DNA of 64,000 bases. Origin: Octopus sinensis (Eukaryota). Each line of letters opens with the position of its first letter. The stretch's first letter is position 1. The notes beneath the pieces are model-generated. The model was not told the DNA's origin. It saw only the letters and a program-made list of their open reading frames with translations, and searched no databases. This document shows, in pieces, positions 37,330-51,674 of the stretch. The position numbers and the translations under genes are program-made. The stretch is from assembly GCF_006345805.1 (NCBI RefSeq), contig NC_043011.1:14458464-14522463 (forward strand). The letters run 5' to 3'.

Positions 37330-38790
37330 TTTGACCACATCTTGTACCTACACCTTAGAGTCATCATAGCATCTAATGTGGCTTTTTAAACTAGACAATG
37401 TTCTAAAAGACGCACACATGTCTGATTTGGACCACCAAGAACTGCAGTTAAGTTCTGATCTTTGTGGACCTTAAAATGTCTTTCGAGGCCTCCGTTAGAC
37501 TTGCAGACCTTCTGGCATACATTGCATTGAAAGGTGTTCACAGACATATAGGCAGAATAGTTGGTAGATGTTCTTTTTCCATGGGTTCGCAAATGAGATT
37601 TGAGGCCAGCAAAAGAAAGGCATGGTCTGCCACAAACTGTACATACAAAAATGTCATTGTGATTCACCTTCTCTATAGTAACATTCTTCTTTAAATCTCT
37701 CTTGAGTCTTGCATGCGTTATCCTGGCCTCTTCAAACGTTTTTACTCCACTCCACACTTTTGTTCGTCATTCAGCTCGACCTGAAACAAGGGTTTCGATG
37801 TCCTCTGGATCCATTCCAAGTGACTTCATGGTAGTCCTTATGCCGTCCTTAAACCTTTTTTTAGGTTTACACCGGTAGCGTTTCCCCTCTGCAAGCTCAC
37901 CATAAAACAGCTGTTTGGGTGTGCGTTCATCCGCCATTCAAACAATATGGCCACACCATCTCATTTGGTTTTTCAGAATCATTTCTTTAATTGAGGTGAT
38001 GCCTGCAGACGCAAAGACATCTGTGTTTGGAGTAAAAGCATACCATTTAATGTTTAAAATGCGATGAAGGAATTTTTGGTGGAATTGTTCTAACAATTTG
38101 AAATGTCTTTCATAGCATGTCCATGTTTCAAAAGAATACAACAGGGATGGTAAGACAAATGATTTGTAAAGAGCAAATTTTGTATTGTTATTTATATGTT
38201 GTTGGCGTCAAACATGTGACTCCAAACCACCAAATGCTTGTGCTGCCCTTTGGATTCGCAGATGTATTTCTGTGTCCGGATTTCCATCATTATGTACAGA
38301 GCTTCCAAGGTAGATGAAAGAATCAATAACCTCAAGTAGCTTACCCTTAACAAATTTTGGCGGGTTACAAACAACACCACATGCAGGTCGAAGCATAATT
38401 GTTTTTTTTTCAAGTCGATGTTCAAGCCAAAATCATTACAAACTGAGTCAAATGCGAATACAAGATATTGAAGATCTGTTTCAAAATGACTGACTATAAT
38501 GCATTCGTCAGCGTATAAGAGTTCCTTAATGAGTTTTGAAAAGCGCGTGACAGCACAACGTCAAAGTATATTGCAAAGAGGGTAGGTGCATCAAGGTCTC
38601 CATGCTTTACACCATTTTCCACGGCAAAAGATTCAGAGAGCCTTCCACCAAAATCAGCTTTAGCTTTCATATCTTGATGCAAAGCCCTGATCATGTTTAC
38701 AAATTTTTCTGGGCAACTTATTTTCCTTAGTATTAGCCACATAGCATTTCGATTAACTGTATCAAATGCTTTGCTCAAATCAACAAAGTA
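37330..38790 (-). pseudogene. Decayed RTE-clade LINE (RT plus C-terminal C2H2 fingers)
   Basis: SKAFDTVNR, GVKHGDLDAPTLFAIYF, FIYLGS, YSFETWT, MRWCGHIV, CTVCGRPC..LKSHLRTH; frameshifted. Confidence 0.85.
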
Positions 38791-39484
38791 ATGTTAACAT
38801 AAGGTTAAGGAAAAGTGAATAAGGAAATACATATGCTAAACTATTAAGAAATCTGCAGTTACTCTACTGAGATTACAAGTTCAAGTTTATATCTGTAATT
38901 AACGGGGCACGGAGATATGTAATACACTGACTGAATGTCAATCTTGAGAAATGTGGCTTCTCAAAACTAGAAAGGAGAAAGCTGATTCAAACATTACGGA
39001 TCCTAGCCATCACTGGAACTGTAAAAGTCTGTAAAAATTTCCAGAAGTTTATCATTTAAGTATATATGCACATATCTAGACATGCAACTGTACGTATGAG
39101 AAGACATACATAAAACAAAGCATGCAAGTCTGCACATGCACTGACACCAAATACTGCACATATACACACACACATATACATACATACATACATACATACA
39201 TACATACATACATGCAAAAATCCTGTTAATGTTGAAATTCCACTGAAGTAGCCTTGGTTCTAAGCTAGAAACCAGTCCTTTATTGGCAAGAAATCTTGAA
39301 TAGCTGAATAGTGACATACATACATACATTCGTACGTACATACATACATACATACATACATACATACATACATACATACGTGCATACATATATAATACGA
39401 CCTTATGAACGTGTGTCCACACACACACACACACACACAAACGACCGCGCGCGCACACATACACGCGCACGAGCGCACATATCA

Positions 39485-39710
39485 ATGATCCTTTCCGAGC
39501 CACAGGCTCTTAAGGCCGGTTTCCGGATTCTGTGGCATATGTATTCCTTCCGGGACAGGATTACTCGTTTGTGCCAGCTGAGTGGACTGGAGCAACGTGA
39601 AAATGAAGTGTTTTGCCCAAGAACACAACGCATCACCTGCCTCAGGAATCGAAACTACGATGTTACAACGATGAGTACAACATCGTAACCACTAAGCCAC
39701 GCATCTCCAC
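39485..39710 (-). mobile_element. OR-type tRNA-derived SINE, diverged
   Basis: Head gtggagatgcgtggcttagtggttacg; body shared with 24305-24543. Confidence 0.7.
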
Positions 39711-40643
39711 ACACACGCACGCACGCGCACACACACTCATGCGTGTTTGTGTGCGCGTGAACCAGTATGTATGTGTGGCTATCCTCTTCCCCGCTAAGTC
39801 GATGCGAGACTGTTGAATACTTCAATAATTTAATACGTTAGGAGTATTAGGCTTTACTACATATTATTAATTCCCTGTTAACCCTCACAAGAAGATCTGA
39901 ACTCATTATTACTGCCAAAGAAACGTTTATTACACATAAACTGATGCGAATTTGCACATATTTACAAGACAGCGGTGTATGTCAATTAGAGTTAATTAAC
40001 TCCTTAGCCACAGAGGAAGCATCTGCTGACGGGATACGAACAGCTGACTGTGTAGTTCATAGGTCGCTGTATTATCGATTCAGCCGACTGTGACATTAAC
40101 ACAATTTAGAAGCCAGCCTCAATTATGCTCTGACCAGACATGACACTGATTCAGCAAATAGCAAAGGATCGCCACAGACGGATCGTAGACAACATTCAGC
40201 TAAAAATAGACCCCCAAATCATGTTGCTAATTTAAAACATTCTCTACAACCGACAATTATGAAGGGGTAATTAGAGTGGAAGTATAATTAACTCAGATTG
40301 CATGTAACATATAGACCTGCTACTGGATTCCAGGTATGTTCAACAATGGAGATTCTGTCTTTCCCTAATTACACCTGCATTAAAACACTATCTGATCGTA
40401 TAACTGTAATTATATGCATATGTATATACATACACACATACACAAATATGTGTATGTGTGTATTATGTATGTACGTACGTGTGTGTGTGTAAACATATAT
40501 TCACACATACATGCATACATATACACATATATATATATGTCTTTATATATATATATATATATATATGAAAAAACAAACATATATATCCACTCTTGTGTTC
40601 CTTTTCACCCCTATACATACATATATATATATATATATAATAT

Positions 40644-40739
<96 letters not shown>

Positions 40740-41124
40740 TGTGTGTGTGGGTTTGGGTATTCAAATACCAACACCTACATACAGGTATAAGCACGTATAG
40801 TATGAGAACATGTGTGAACAAAGATGTATACGAATGGCTAGTGTTAATCTGCACTTCTAAATGCTTTACACATAAACATACCACAGCATGCTTTCCAACC
40901 ATTTTTTCCGTTTGTTTATTATCGAGGTATTAGTAAATCTGATTGTGTTTCTTTCTTCTGTATAACAGGCAAATATCTCTGATCTCAAATTGGATGTTTG
41001 AAACAGCTGTTTTTATTCAGGATAAATCTTGTCCCCTTATAATTATACACATATTCAGATTATACTAAGTACCATGCTTGTATTAATTGTAGGAGCACCA
41101 GAACAAATAATAATAATAATAATA

Positions 41125-41500
41125 ATGGGTTTCAAATTTTAGCATGAGGCCAGCAATGTTGGTGACGTAGGGAGGTGGTTAAGTCGATTACATCGACCCC
41201 GAAAGGATGAAAGGCAAAGTCGACCTCGGCGGAATTTGAACTCATAACGTAGCGGCAGACGAAATACCTATTTCTTTATTACCCACAAGGGTCTAAACAC
41301 AGAGGGGACAAACAAGGACAGACATAGGTATTAAATCGATTACATCGACCCCAGTGCGTAACTGGTACTTAATTTATCGACCCCGAAAGGATGAAAGGCA
41401 AAGTCGACCTCGGCGGAATTTGAACTCATAACGTAGCGGCAGACGAAATACCGCTAAGCGCTTTTCCCGGCGTGCTAACAATTCTGCCAGTTCGCCACCT
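41125..41500 (-). mobile_element. Meta/MESC-domain SINE(s), duplicated or nested
   Basis: atcgaccccgaaaggatgaaaggcaaagtcgacctcggcgg occurs twice. Confidence 0.85.
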
Positions 41501-41544
41501 TACAATAGTAATAACACTGCTTTCAAATTTTGGGAAAAGGCCAT

Positions 41545-41825
41545 TGCAGTACAGTGAAAGGGCGTGTCTTAGCGGCTCACGATCGAAAGGTCGTGAGTTC
41601 GATATTCGGCAGTGAATTGTGTCCTTGAACAAGACACTTTATTTCACGTTGCTGCCAGTTCACTCAGTTGGCAAAAATGAGTTGTACCTGTATTTCAATG
41701 GGCCAGCCTTGTCCCATTACGATGAATCTACGTTAAACATACGTGCGTATGAGGAATACTCAGCCACTTGCAGGTTAATTTCACGAGCAGCTAGAACACT
41801 CGTCGTCGTAACTGACGGGAGCCTG
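41545..41825 (+). mobile_element. Diverged tRNA-derived SINE
   Basis: B box gagttcgatattc, then gtgtccttgaacaagacacttt; 3' end shared with 6225-6330. Confidence 0.65.
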
Positions 41826-41921
41826 GTCACAACATCGACCTCAGTATTTAACTGGTACGTTATTTTAACGACTCCGAAAGGATGAAAGTTAACGCTGACC
41901 AATTAAATGCGTAGGAATACT

Positions 41922-42436
41922 GGGATATGACCTCCTTCGGTCATGAATGACCAGGGAATTGCACCTACAAAATTACCCTCCGAAGTACAAGTCTGGGCAA
42001 GGTTGTTTATGGAAGACCAGCAGTCGCCCATGCATACCAGCCTCCCCTCTCCACGACACCGATGTTATCCAAGGGAAAGGCAAAGGCCGATACAGCTTGG
42101 CACCAGTGACGTTGCAGTTCATTTATTAACGTGCAAGTGGCTGAGCACTCCGCAGACACGTGTACCCTTAACGTAGTTCTCGAGGAGATTCAGCGTGACA
42201 CAGAGTGTGACAAGATTGGCCCTTTGAAATACAGGTACAACAGAAACAGGAAGAAAGAGTGAGAGAAAGTTGTGGTGAAAGAATACAGCAGGGTTCACCA
42301 CCACCCCCTGCCGGAGCCTGGTGGAGCTTTAAGTGTTTTCGCTTAATAAACACTCACAATGCCCGGTCTGGGAATCGAAGCCGCGATCCTACGACCGCGA
42401 GTCCGCTGCCCTAACCACTGGGCCTTTGCGCCTCCA
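41922..42436 (-). mobile_element. Composite SINE: OR-type SINE (42127-42436) joined to a different, RTE-like ~200-nt segment, within one TSD
   Basis: 12-bp TSD cgtaggaatact at 41910-41921 and 42437-42448. Confidence 0.75.
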
Positions 42437-43399
42437 CGTAGGAATACTAAATTTTAAATTAACCAGCACTGGATCTCTCTTCGGAATCCTGTGAAGTTGA
42501 GGGCAGGATCCTCAGTCAATACCCCATATTTTTATTCCACTCCTAGAAGCCTGTGTGAGTTCACCTTTTTCTTTTGTTTCTTTTACCTATTGAAACTGTC
42601 TGCCATTGCTTTCTGGTCACCATTTGTTACCACACATTTAAGAAGATGGATAGCACTACTAGAAAGGGGTCTTCCTCTTAGTCTGCTTAAAGGATCTAAC
42701 TCGCCATTCTATAGCTTCGACTGGGGATGCTATTGGAAGAGCAACCTCTCAGGATCTGCTCTTGTTACTGGTTCTGTTGCTGCCCGTCGTTTTCCTCTCT
42801 CTCTGTCTCTCTCATTATTTCCTCTCCTCTTTTTCCCGCGTTTATACTTCCCCGAGACGGAAAACTCTTTTACTGTCACATGTATACCAACTCAGCTTTC
42901 TGCTTCTTCCCTGCACTACTCATCTTATTACTTTTATTTCTCCCAACAACGACGAACCGATCCGGAATAGATCTGTTGTTTTCAAGGGTTATTAAAATTT
43001 GAGTGTTAATATTGATCTTTCATGATCGCATATAATTTTTCTCTGCACTTGCCAACTGTTCAGCGGCCGGAGCAACCAGGCCTTACACTAAAGAAGTCAG
43101 CCGTTCAAGAATTTGGACCTGGAGATCTCCATTTCCAGCGACTTCGAGGGCCACCTCCCAGTGGTGTCGGGCGTCAACGAAGAGCCCTCGACTACAACAA
43201 GACGAACAAAGTTTTTTTTCCCAAGGTCTGGGGTCTCCCGCCCCGAAGCCCTAGACCATCACCTAATCACCCTTACCCGTCTTGTTGCTCAACAACAACA
43301 ACAACAATCAAAGAAGTCAATTACTGTCAAAATCCTGCTCTGAATACTCATCGAAAGCAGGCGGGGTTTTCGGCAAGGGCTACACGCAGCTTATAGCGA

Positions 43400-43990
43400 C
43401 CGCCGCAAGATGTTTGACTCGGTGGACAGGGATGTACTCTGGAGATGAGATATATATCACCCCGGCTGATTGAGCTGATAGTGGCCTTGTATACTGGGAC
43501 AGTGAGCGCAAACAGGATTGGGGCACAACATCTGATGTTTTCCCAGTTAGATCTGGATTCGTTACGGTTGTGTTTTGGCTCTCATTCTGTTCATTGTCTC
43601 TATAGAGTGAATAGGCCGAATGGTGACTCGATTGAGGGAAACTCCGATTACTGACCTGGATTTTGCAAATGATGCAATTTATTATTGCTGAGTCTCTGGA
43701 CGTGTTTAAGGAGTGCTCTTCTTTCAATGAGTGAGGAAACGGAACCACTTAGCCTTAGAGTTTCTTGGGTCAGACAAAAATCCAGTCTGTCTCTCACCCT
43801 CCGAATGGTTGACGGCCCACAATGGCCGACCACATGCCACATGGTCACGGTAGATGAAGAAGCATCTCGCAAGGATGAGAACTGACTGGCACACTACTCA
43901 GAGACATTCTCAGGACGACTCGAGCAAATACCGACAAATAGTAGGTGCATCGACATGCTGCAACGGTGCATACCTCCACACCACACTTGA
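43400..43990 (+). pseudogene. Highly decayed RTE-like LINE fragments
   Basis: ISPRLIELIVALYTGTVSA and DLDFANDA resemble RT motifs. Confidence 0.6.
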
Positions 43991-44467
43991 TCTGACTTAC
44001 TACCCGCCTGTGCTACCCTACAAAAGTGACTGCCACCCAGGAGTCAATGACTACAATCCAATGGTCAATGATCTGATTGTCACCCTTGTATTTCGCTGGT
44101 TTGTGTATTGTTGCATGAACGCATGGGTAGATGTGACTCGCACTACTTTTCATTATGGCCCACTTCGATCTCGATCGTGAAAATCAGGCATCAATTTATC
44201 TTTATTTGTGGTTTTCTGTATTAGTTCGATTTTCTGTTTTTTTTTTCTTTTTAGATGTGAAGATTTTTATCTTTTCCCCTTCTTGCTTTCTTTAACAGTT
44301 TGAAGATATTTTTTCTATTTTTATTACTTGCCCTTTTCACCAAATGAGGGATTGGTGGTGGTGGTGGTGGTGTTATAGAACGGAGATTAGGAGCTTTGTT
44401 AATTGTCGGTCTAAGTACGCGGCTACTTCATCCACTATTTCAGGAATGGGAGAAGGTACGTGGGCAT

Positions 44468-44712
44468 CAATTCAATTCAATTCAATTCAATTTTTATTGG
44501 CTCAAAAAACAAAAGCAAAGCCATGTAAGGGGACAGGGAGTTATGTACAGGGAGGGTGGTCGTACAAAGAGTTCAGGCCATTTCTGGTCAAGAGAGACTT
44601 TGAACCGAGCGGTCGTCGGCATCTTCACTATCTGGTCCGGCAGCTTATTCCACGGATCCACAACCCGGACGGAGAAAGCCCCCCTCCTTCGATCGTTTGC
44701 ATCTGGGACCAA
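44468..44712 (-). mobile_element. CR1/L2-group LINE 3' end with (ATTGA)n tail
   Basis: RRRGAFSVRVVDPWNKLP..FKVSLD is the CR1-type C-terminal motif; (tcaat)n at 44467-44491. Confidence 0.8.
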
Positions 44713-45983
44713 GAATAAAGCGGATTTTGTTGTCAGTTTCGGATTTACAGTCAGTGGTGCGACTGGCGTAGCCACTAGAGGAGCATACCTTGGATTCTCA
44801 TCAATCCTACTTCATTTTTTTCCATATCTGCTGAACAAAACTCCCTCATGTTGCTTTTACAATATGAAGGCTAATTTGAGTAACAGATTTCTTGTTCTTT
44901 ACCTCCAGTCGTATAGCATTGGACTCAATGTTTATAATTGGGCATAACTCAAAAATGGTCTTGTGAATTCGAAAGATTTTTAGGACTTGTAAGTCCTTTA
45001 TGATTTCTACTGCATACTTCTCGTTATAGTTCTCTTAACACACTTTAATAATGTTTTACAAAGTAACAATGAATCAGGGTTAAATATCCCTTTCCGTTCG
45101 TATGACTGTAGCTCTTGTACTGCCCTGTCCTATGCATGCGGTACTAACTTATAGGCAGATAGATGCTTTGCATATAATTTCTGATGTCGGCCAGTTTCGA
45201 ACTCAGTTCTAAAAGTCAGGCAAATAGTTCCGTAGGCTTTTCTATGTGTAAGACATATAAATGTCGCTTTTAATCGGTTCTTTAAGGATAAAGAGGAAGC
45301 CCTACTGACCTACTTTTCTTTGTAACGATAAAGTTGGAGCATTTTTTCTTTGCCCAGTTCTGAATGTATTCTTCTGGCATAAAAGATGCATTTCCTTTCA
45401 ACACAATTCTACCACTGATCTGTTTTGGAATCGTTTTATTTTCCGTGTTCAAGGATTCAAAGCTGGAGGCAGTCTGAATGAAACCAACTTCACGTGTGAA
45501 ATTCTTGTTTGACGACATTGTGTTAGCATATGTGTTGTTGCTGTTGCTCTTTTTGTTGTTGTTGTTGTTGTTGTCTCAAAATATTGGAGAAAAAGCATTT
45601 TTTTCTCAAAAAGCCAAATTTTGTCTTTTTTAAAACTTGTGTTTACTGTTGCAAAGCAGGTTTGTTTATGTTATACTGCTTCGCAATGCTTGAATTATAT
45701 GTTTACATCTTGCTTTGATAGGAGTGTCTTCAACTCAACGCCACAGCAAATGAAGTTGAACAAAGTTCAAGATTTCAAATGAAAATTTTTTCAGGAAAGA
45801 CGATAAAATAAAATAAAATTTGTTTTGTAAAATAACCTTACATGATTAAAGCGAATAAATAATATTTCATTTCTGGGCAGAAATAAGTAAATATCCTTGG
45901 CAAAAGTTAGTAAATCAAAACTTTGGCAAAAAAAAAAAAAAAAAAAGTCACATCTAAATTCATTGAAAGCATCAATTATTAAG

Positions 45984-47708
45984 GCTGGCAGGAACGTTAG
46001 CACGCCGGGCGAAATGCGTAGATGTATTTCGTCTGCCGTTACGTTCTGAGTTCAAATTCCGCCGAGGTCGACTTTGCCTTTCATCCTTTCGGGGTCGATA
46101 TAATCGACTTAATCCATTTGTCTGTCCTTGCTTGCCCCCTTTATGTTTAGCCCCTTGTGGGTAATAAAGAAACTAATTATTAATTGCTACTGTGCTCGGC
46201 ACAAGAAATTTTAAGGGAGAAGGAAGGCCGATTATACCAACTTCAGCGTTTGACTGGTATTTAATTGTTTTCGACCACTGAAAGATGAAAGACGATATTG
46301 GGACTTGAACGTAGACCGTAAAGATCTAAGAATAAATGCCATTTGACGCTAAAACGATTCTACCAATTCCCTGTAATAAAAGCAGTTATAATTTCTAACT
46401 TTAGCACAAAGGCTTGCATCTCTAAGGATGGTTATTGTTGTTTGAAGTACGTGATCGCAAAAAGGATGAGAAATAAAATCAGTCATCGCAGGATTTGATC
46501 TCAGAAGAGGAACAACTCCTACTCCACATACATACCGTTCAAATTTTCTTTCCACTCTACTAGATTTTATATTGGTTTCAGATTTTTGGGCACAAGCTAA
46601 CAAGTTCGGTGGGAGGAGGTAAATCAATGCAATCGACCCCAATGCCCAAATTGTACTTATTTTATCAACTCCGAAAGGGTGAAAGCAAATTCGACCTCGA
46701 TGGCATTTGAGGTCAGAACGTAAAAAACGGACGAAATGCAGCTAAACATTTTGCTAGCGATTCTGCCAGTTCGCTGCCTTTAGTAGTTTTTATATTAAGG
46801 TCATAAATTATTGTTGTAAAATATTTTTTTTCAAAATACGAATACATATAGATCTATTTTTATGAAAACCTCGCTATCAAAAATGAAACAATCGCTATTA
46901 AAGGAAATTGAAGAATCTTATACTGAGAAAATAACCACTAGTATATTTTGAAGTAATTCCCAGAATAATATTTTTCGAATGAAGAAAAGGACCTCGTTAC
47001 CTATTCTCTCCCTATATAGTCATGATACTTGTTTACTGTTTTTTGTTCTTTGTACTGCCTCTGGTGTCAGGAGATATTTGTACAATGCATTGTTGCCATG
47101 GTGTTCTTCGAATTTGAATAACTACTTGAAAAAAATACTTAATCGTCACACAGATCGATGCTCTATATTTGCCGGCAACTAATCTTCATTTTGTATTCTT
47201 TAGATCAATTAAAACAGAAAAGAAACACTACAGTCAATGAAAAGGATAGTGTGCAGTGGTACAGCTACTAATTTTCATCGACTCGGGAGGGATGAAAGGC
47301 GTTAAGTCCCACAGTGCTGGACTTAGAAAGCAGAAATTCGAAACCAAATATCACTTGGTAGCTAATCTAACGCCCTACTATTTCTATCAGGAAATATTCT
47401 GAGGTGCGAAAAGGATTGTAAAGTAAATAAAAAACCCTGATGAGACAGTTCATACAGAGTTCATCAACGAATTTCTACCAATTTGATGCCTTGTGGTAAT
47501 TGGTTTTAAATTTTGGCACAAGGCCTGCAATTTTGTGGGAGGGTGTAAATCGATTACATCGATCGCAGTGCTCAAATGGCACTTATTTTATCGACCACGA
47601 GAGAAGGAGAGGCAAAGTCAACTTCGGCGTAATTTGAATTCAGAACGAACAAAATGCCGCTAAGCATTTTGCTCGGCGTGCTAACGATTTTACCAGCTTG
47701 CCACCTTA
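45984..47708. mobile_element. Meta/MESC-domain SINE copies (45984-46171 +, ~46575-46780 -, ~47500-47708 -)
   Basis: Same head and tcatcctttcggggtcgat motif as the other copies. Confidence 0.8.
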
Positions 47709-49755
47709 AGTGTTGTGTGCAATATTGATGAGATTGTTGTTTTGTGCCAAGTCAGCTTCGATTAAGCAAACTTAAGTGTTTCAGATATGACTATCACAAT
47801 TTATTTTCAAGAGATACATCAAAAGTACATTAGCCAATGACCTTCCTTCTTCAAGTATGTTTTGAGAGAATTTTGGTTGCTTTTTCTAGTAAACTGAGCG
47901 ATTGCATAGAGTTTCCTTTTTTCGGCCGTGAAACCCCCAAAACTGACAATTCAGGGGGTTTCCAGTATGGATAGTCTTGAATTGATAAAATAAGATAGCC
48001 TTTATATTTTTTATATTTGAAAACAGATTCTCCTTACTGAAAGTGAATATAGGAGTGTATTTCTTAATTGAACGTAAGGTGTATTTCTTTGAATGCATGT
48101 AAATAAATATAGAGAATAATAATGTTAATGCTGTGTTAGGCGTAACGCCTTAACATAAGCAGAAATTATATGTGTGCAACTTGCTGTAATAATCTGAGAT
48201 ATGTAGATATCAAAGAGGAAGACAGATCATTAAGACCACAATATATTATAAGAAATTCGCTGTGGTTTTATTCAGTCAACGAATCAGATGCACACGAGAA
48301 ATTTTATTATTTTTAACTTCATGAATATCGATATACATGCAATGAAATTTTCTTGCGTGAATTGGTTTCTTATAAATTTTTCCAGCATATTCGATACCTG
48401 CCAATTATCGAAAATGAGCAATAGAATTCTATTTATAATTGAACAGAATGCTTCTGATTTATGATGAACCCCGTCGAAGATTCAAATGCCATTGCTTCTA
48501 ACTGAAAAAAAAGAAAGGAAAATAATTACTTCTGTTATATTATTTTCCATCCGTTTAATAGAATGTATTCTCATGGACAAAAATTGCTGCTACATTGATG
48601 AGAATATATAAAGCTGACGTAATATAATAAAGTAGAATATGGACTTGGACATATACTTTCCACAATTGTTGGTAACGAAATCTTAGCTATATTTAATCTC
48701 TCTGAAGCTTGAATATGATATTTAAGACTAAACGTAATGATAGAGTCTTTATCAGCGATAATCACTACATCGTGATCAACCAATAAGCAATATCGTAATT
48801 CTATATTTGCAATCATAACCTCATATACATGTCACAGTTTACGTCTCGTCATTCTCACACAGTTTCTCTCTAAAATTTACCTGAATTATTCAATGCAAAG
48901 ATTTCCAAACAGGAAATCTTTCGCTTGTGTTTTATCAAACAATATTTTCCAATATATGAAAATCTATATCACCTGTAAACGAAATACTGCAGCTTCGTAG
49001 CGTTTAATAACACATTCATTAAGTATATGATATTCATAATAATGTTTACATCATTGAGCTGCTTCTAACACATAATTAGAATTTTGTTCTACTTGTGCGA
49101 CGTTGTAGCACATCAGCAAATAGATTTTATACTATTTATATTCATACTTCTGGCTGGCTATTGCAATTAGCTTCTGGCAACGAATAGTTATTATTTATGC
49201 AGTATACATTTGCTACAGCTAAAGGTATTTTTAGAATATAATTTGAAATAGGACCAACTTTTATTTTCTAAGTATATTTGGAAATAAGCAATATCATTTA
49301 GTAATTCGAAATATATTTGGAATAAAATACTATATAAATGCGTCAAATTTGTATGGATTCTCTTTTACAGATAAAATCCATATCATTCGCCATCTAGCCC
49401 CAGTTCAATTAAAAAGCGAATTATTTTCAACCTGCCAGTATACGGTCCAAATTCTGTTTCAAGATATTTAGAACCGATCCCACCGATGCATAATAAATTA
49501 CAGCTGGCTTCGACGATCACGTGACCATTTGAAAATATAGCGATCTCTGCAATTTACATTACTATTAATTGCTTCTCGATTCTCAGACGATCGACCGAAA
49601 CCGTGTTTCGGGACGGTAAATTCCTATATACCTTTTATACTTGAGTAAACAGGCATCAGGCATTACACTCTGCTAGCATCAAGTTGTATTGACCACGTAT
49701 ATATTTTTTTGTGCCTCAAGGTAAATAAAACCCACATGCATATACACTCTCTGCA

Positions 49756-49756
<1 letters not shown>

Positions 49757-49844
<88 letters not shown>

Positions 49845-50093
49845 GCCTGCCTGCCTGCCTGTCTGTCTGTCTCTCTCCCTCGCTCTCTCTTTCTATATGT
49901 ATATATACGTTATATACGTATATGTATATATATATATATAAATATATGTTTATGCATATGTATATATATATATATATAAATATATCTTTATATATATGTA
50001 TATATATATATAAATATATCTTTATATATATGTGTATATATATATATATGTTTATATATGTGTTTATATATGTATATATGTATGTATATGTAC

Positions 50094-50146
<53 letters not shown>
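49757..50146. repeat. (ATCT)n plus (TA)n microsatellites
   Basis: Direct inspection. Confidence 0.95.
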
Positions 50147-50151
<5 letters not shown>

Positions 50152-50859
50152 CACAGTATAATATTCTGCTACTGTGACCCGCGGGGTTGTGACATTGTTG
50201 CCTACTGGTTATTTGCCTTCAGTTTTTCTTTATATTCCTTCCCACTCTATGCTGTATATCTAAGTCCATAATTTAGTATCAATTTACATTAAACAACTAT
50301 GGATACAAATTTAATTTTTTTACGCACGCATGCTCACATGCGCACACATTCATATGTAAACATGCACACATACATGCACACATATGGGCACACTCATACA
50401 AAACGTTTACTAACACAGTCACATACAGATACTGGTGCGGTTCTCAGGAATAAATGCATAGTATTTGTTAGTAATTTGTTGGAGAAAAGAGATTTCGAAG
50501 TAGATAACGCAAATTGTTACGCTGACTGGCTGAGTATTAGGAGACTGAAAGACGCGTTTTTACATCGACTCAAAGAACTGCAGAAAGGAAATATTGACCG
50601 TTAATAATTTATCTTCGTCTCATTCCACCTAACCAATTGAATGAATCAAGAATAGTAAAAGAGAACAAAAATAGGAAAGATAAACTAAAAAGGAGAGAGA
50701 GAGAGAAAGGGAGGGAGAGAATGGGAGAAAGAAAAAAATGAAACAGTTTCAATTTTCTGTTCCTTTCTAAAGACATCTTTTCAGAACAGGAATCTGTCTA
50801 ATGGAAAAACTATTCATTGCTTGATCAATTTAGAAGTTGCTAAATCGTTTCTTCAACAG

Positions 50860-50955
50860 TGACGAGTGGGAAGAACGGAAGGACGTTGTATTGCGGTCAA
50901 AGACAAGATCGATACGTCGCCCTGGCCGTGGGTATTCTATGGCCGAGGTTTATAA
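50860..50955 (+). CDS. Candidate 96-nt internal exon of an unidentified gene (DEWEERKDVVLRSKTRSIRRPGRGYSMAEVY)
   Basis: tttcttcaacag| acceptor and aa|gtaagg donor; open frame, length a multiple of 3, locally raised GC. No homology recognised. Confidence 0.3.
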
Positions 50956-51282
50956 GTAAGGAACGATTTTGAAATAAACCAAAAATGTAGAAAAGGAAAA
51001 CATTAACAAAATAAAAACAAGGCCTAATGGATTATATTTCACATTTCAGTTTTTGTTTTATAAATTCTTTCAGTTTTTGCTAAACTGTCCAAAAGAAAGA
51101 GATTTAGGCAAATATTTATACAATAAGGACTATGTTGTTATTTTGCAGGGCATCGAGTAAATCTATGATGGAAGTAATTCGAGCTGTAACCATTAATTTG
51201 TTTTCAGGTCTGTGAAGTACTACATCGTCTAAGGAGTCTCTTTAAGGTAAAACGGTGTGATTTGAGGGAAATTTGACTTCTC

Positions 51283-51674
51283 GGATCTCTTCGGTTTGAA
51301 CGGCAGTTTTAAAAATAATTTCTAGGTAACTAAAAAATTTTAAACTTCGTATACTGGTAGAATGTGTTTATAAAACATCTTTTTCTCTTGGCTTTATTGA
51401 GAATATGCTATATAAACCCAATCTGTTTCTTAAACGAGGGACATATTCACACGGCACAGAATGTTTTTTTTACCTCAAAAGACGTCAGTGATTGGTTGAA
51501 ATTTCAGAAATTGAAGAAAAAAAAACAACAAATATCTTACAAGCTATAGAATTTTCTCAATAAAGCCAAGAGAAAAAGATGTTTTATAAACACATTCTAC
51601 CAGTATACGAAGTTTAAAATGTTTTAGTTACCTAGAAATTATGTTAAAATCTGCCGTTCAAACCGAAAAGATCC
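51283..51674. mobile_element. Foldback derivative of the 8070-8517 MITE (two left ends head to head)
   Basis: ~120-bp inverted arms starting ggatct.ttcggtttgaacggcag. The interior is the reverse complement of ~8190-8325; no CCCTAA tract. Confidence 0.8.

Noticed and set aside
47417-47470. ctgatgagac motif
   Set aside because: No stem II/GAAA partner downstream.
48881-48972. Minus-strand segment with good splice acceptor and donor
   Set aside because: Stop codons in all three frames, so it cannot be supported as coding and a non-coding exon is untestable here.
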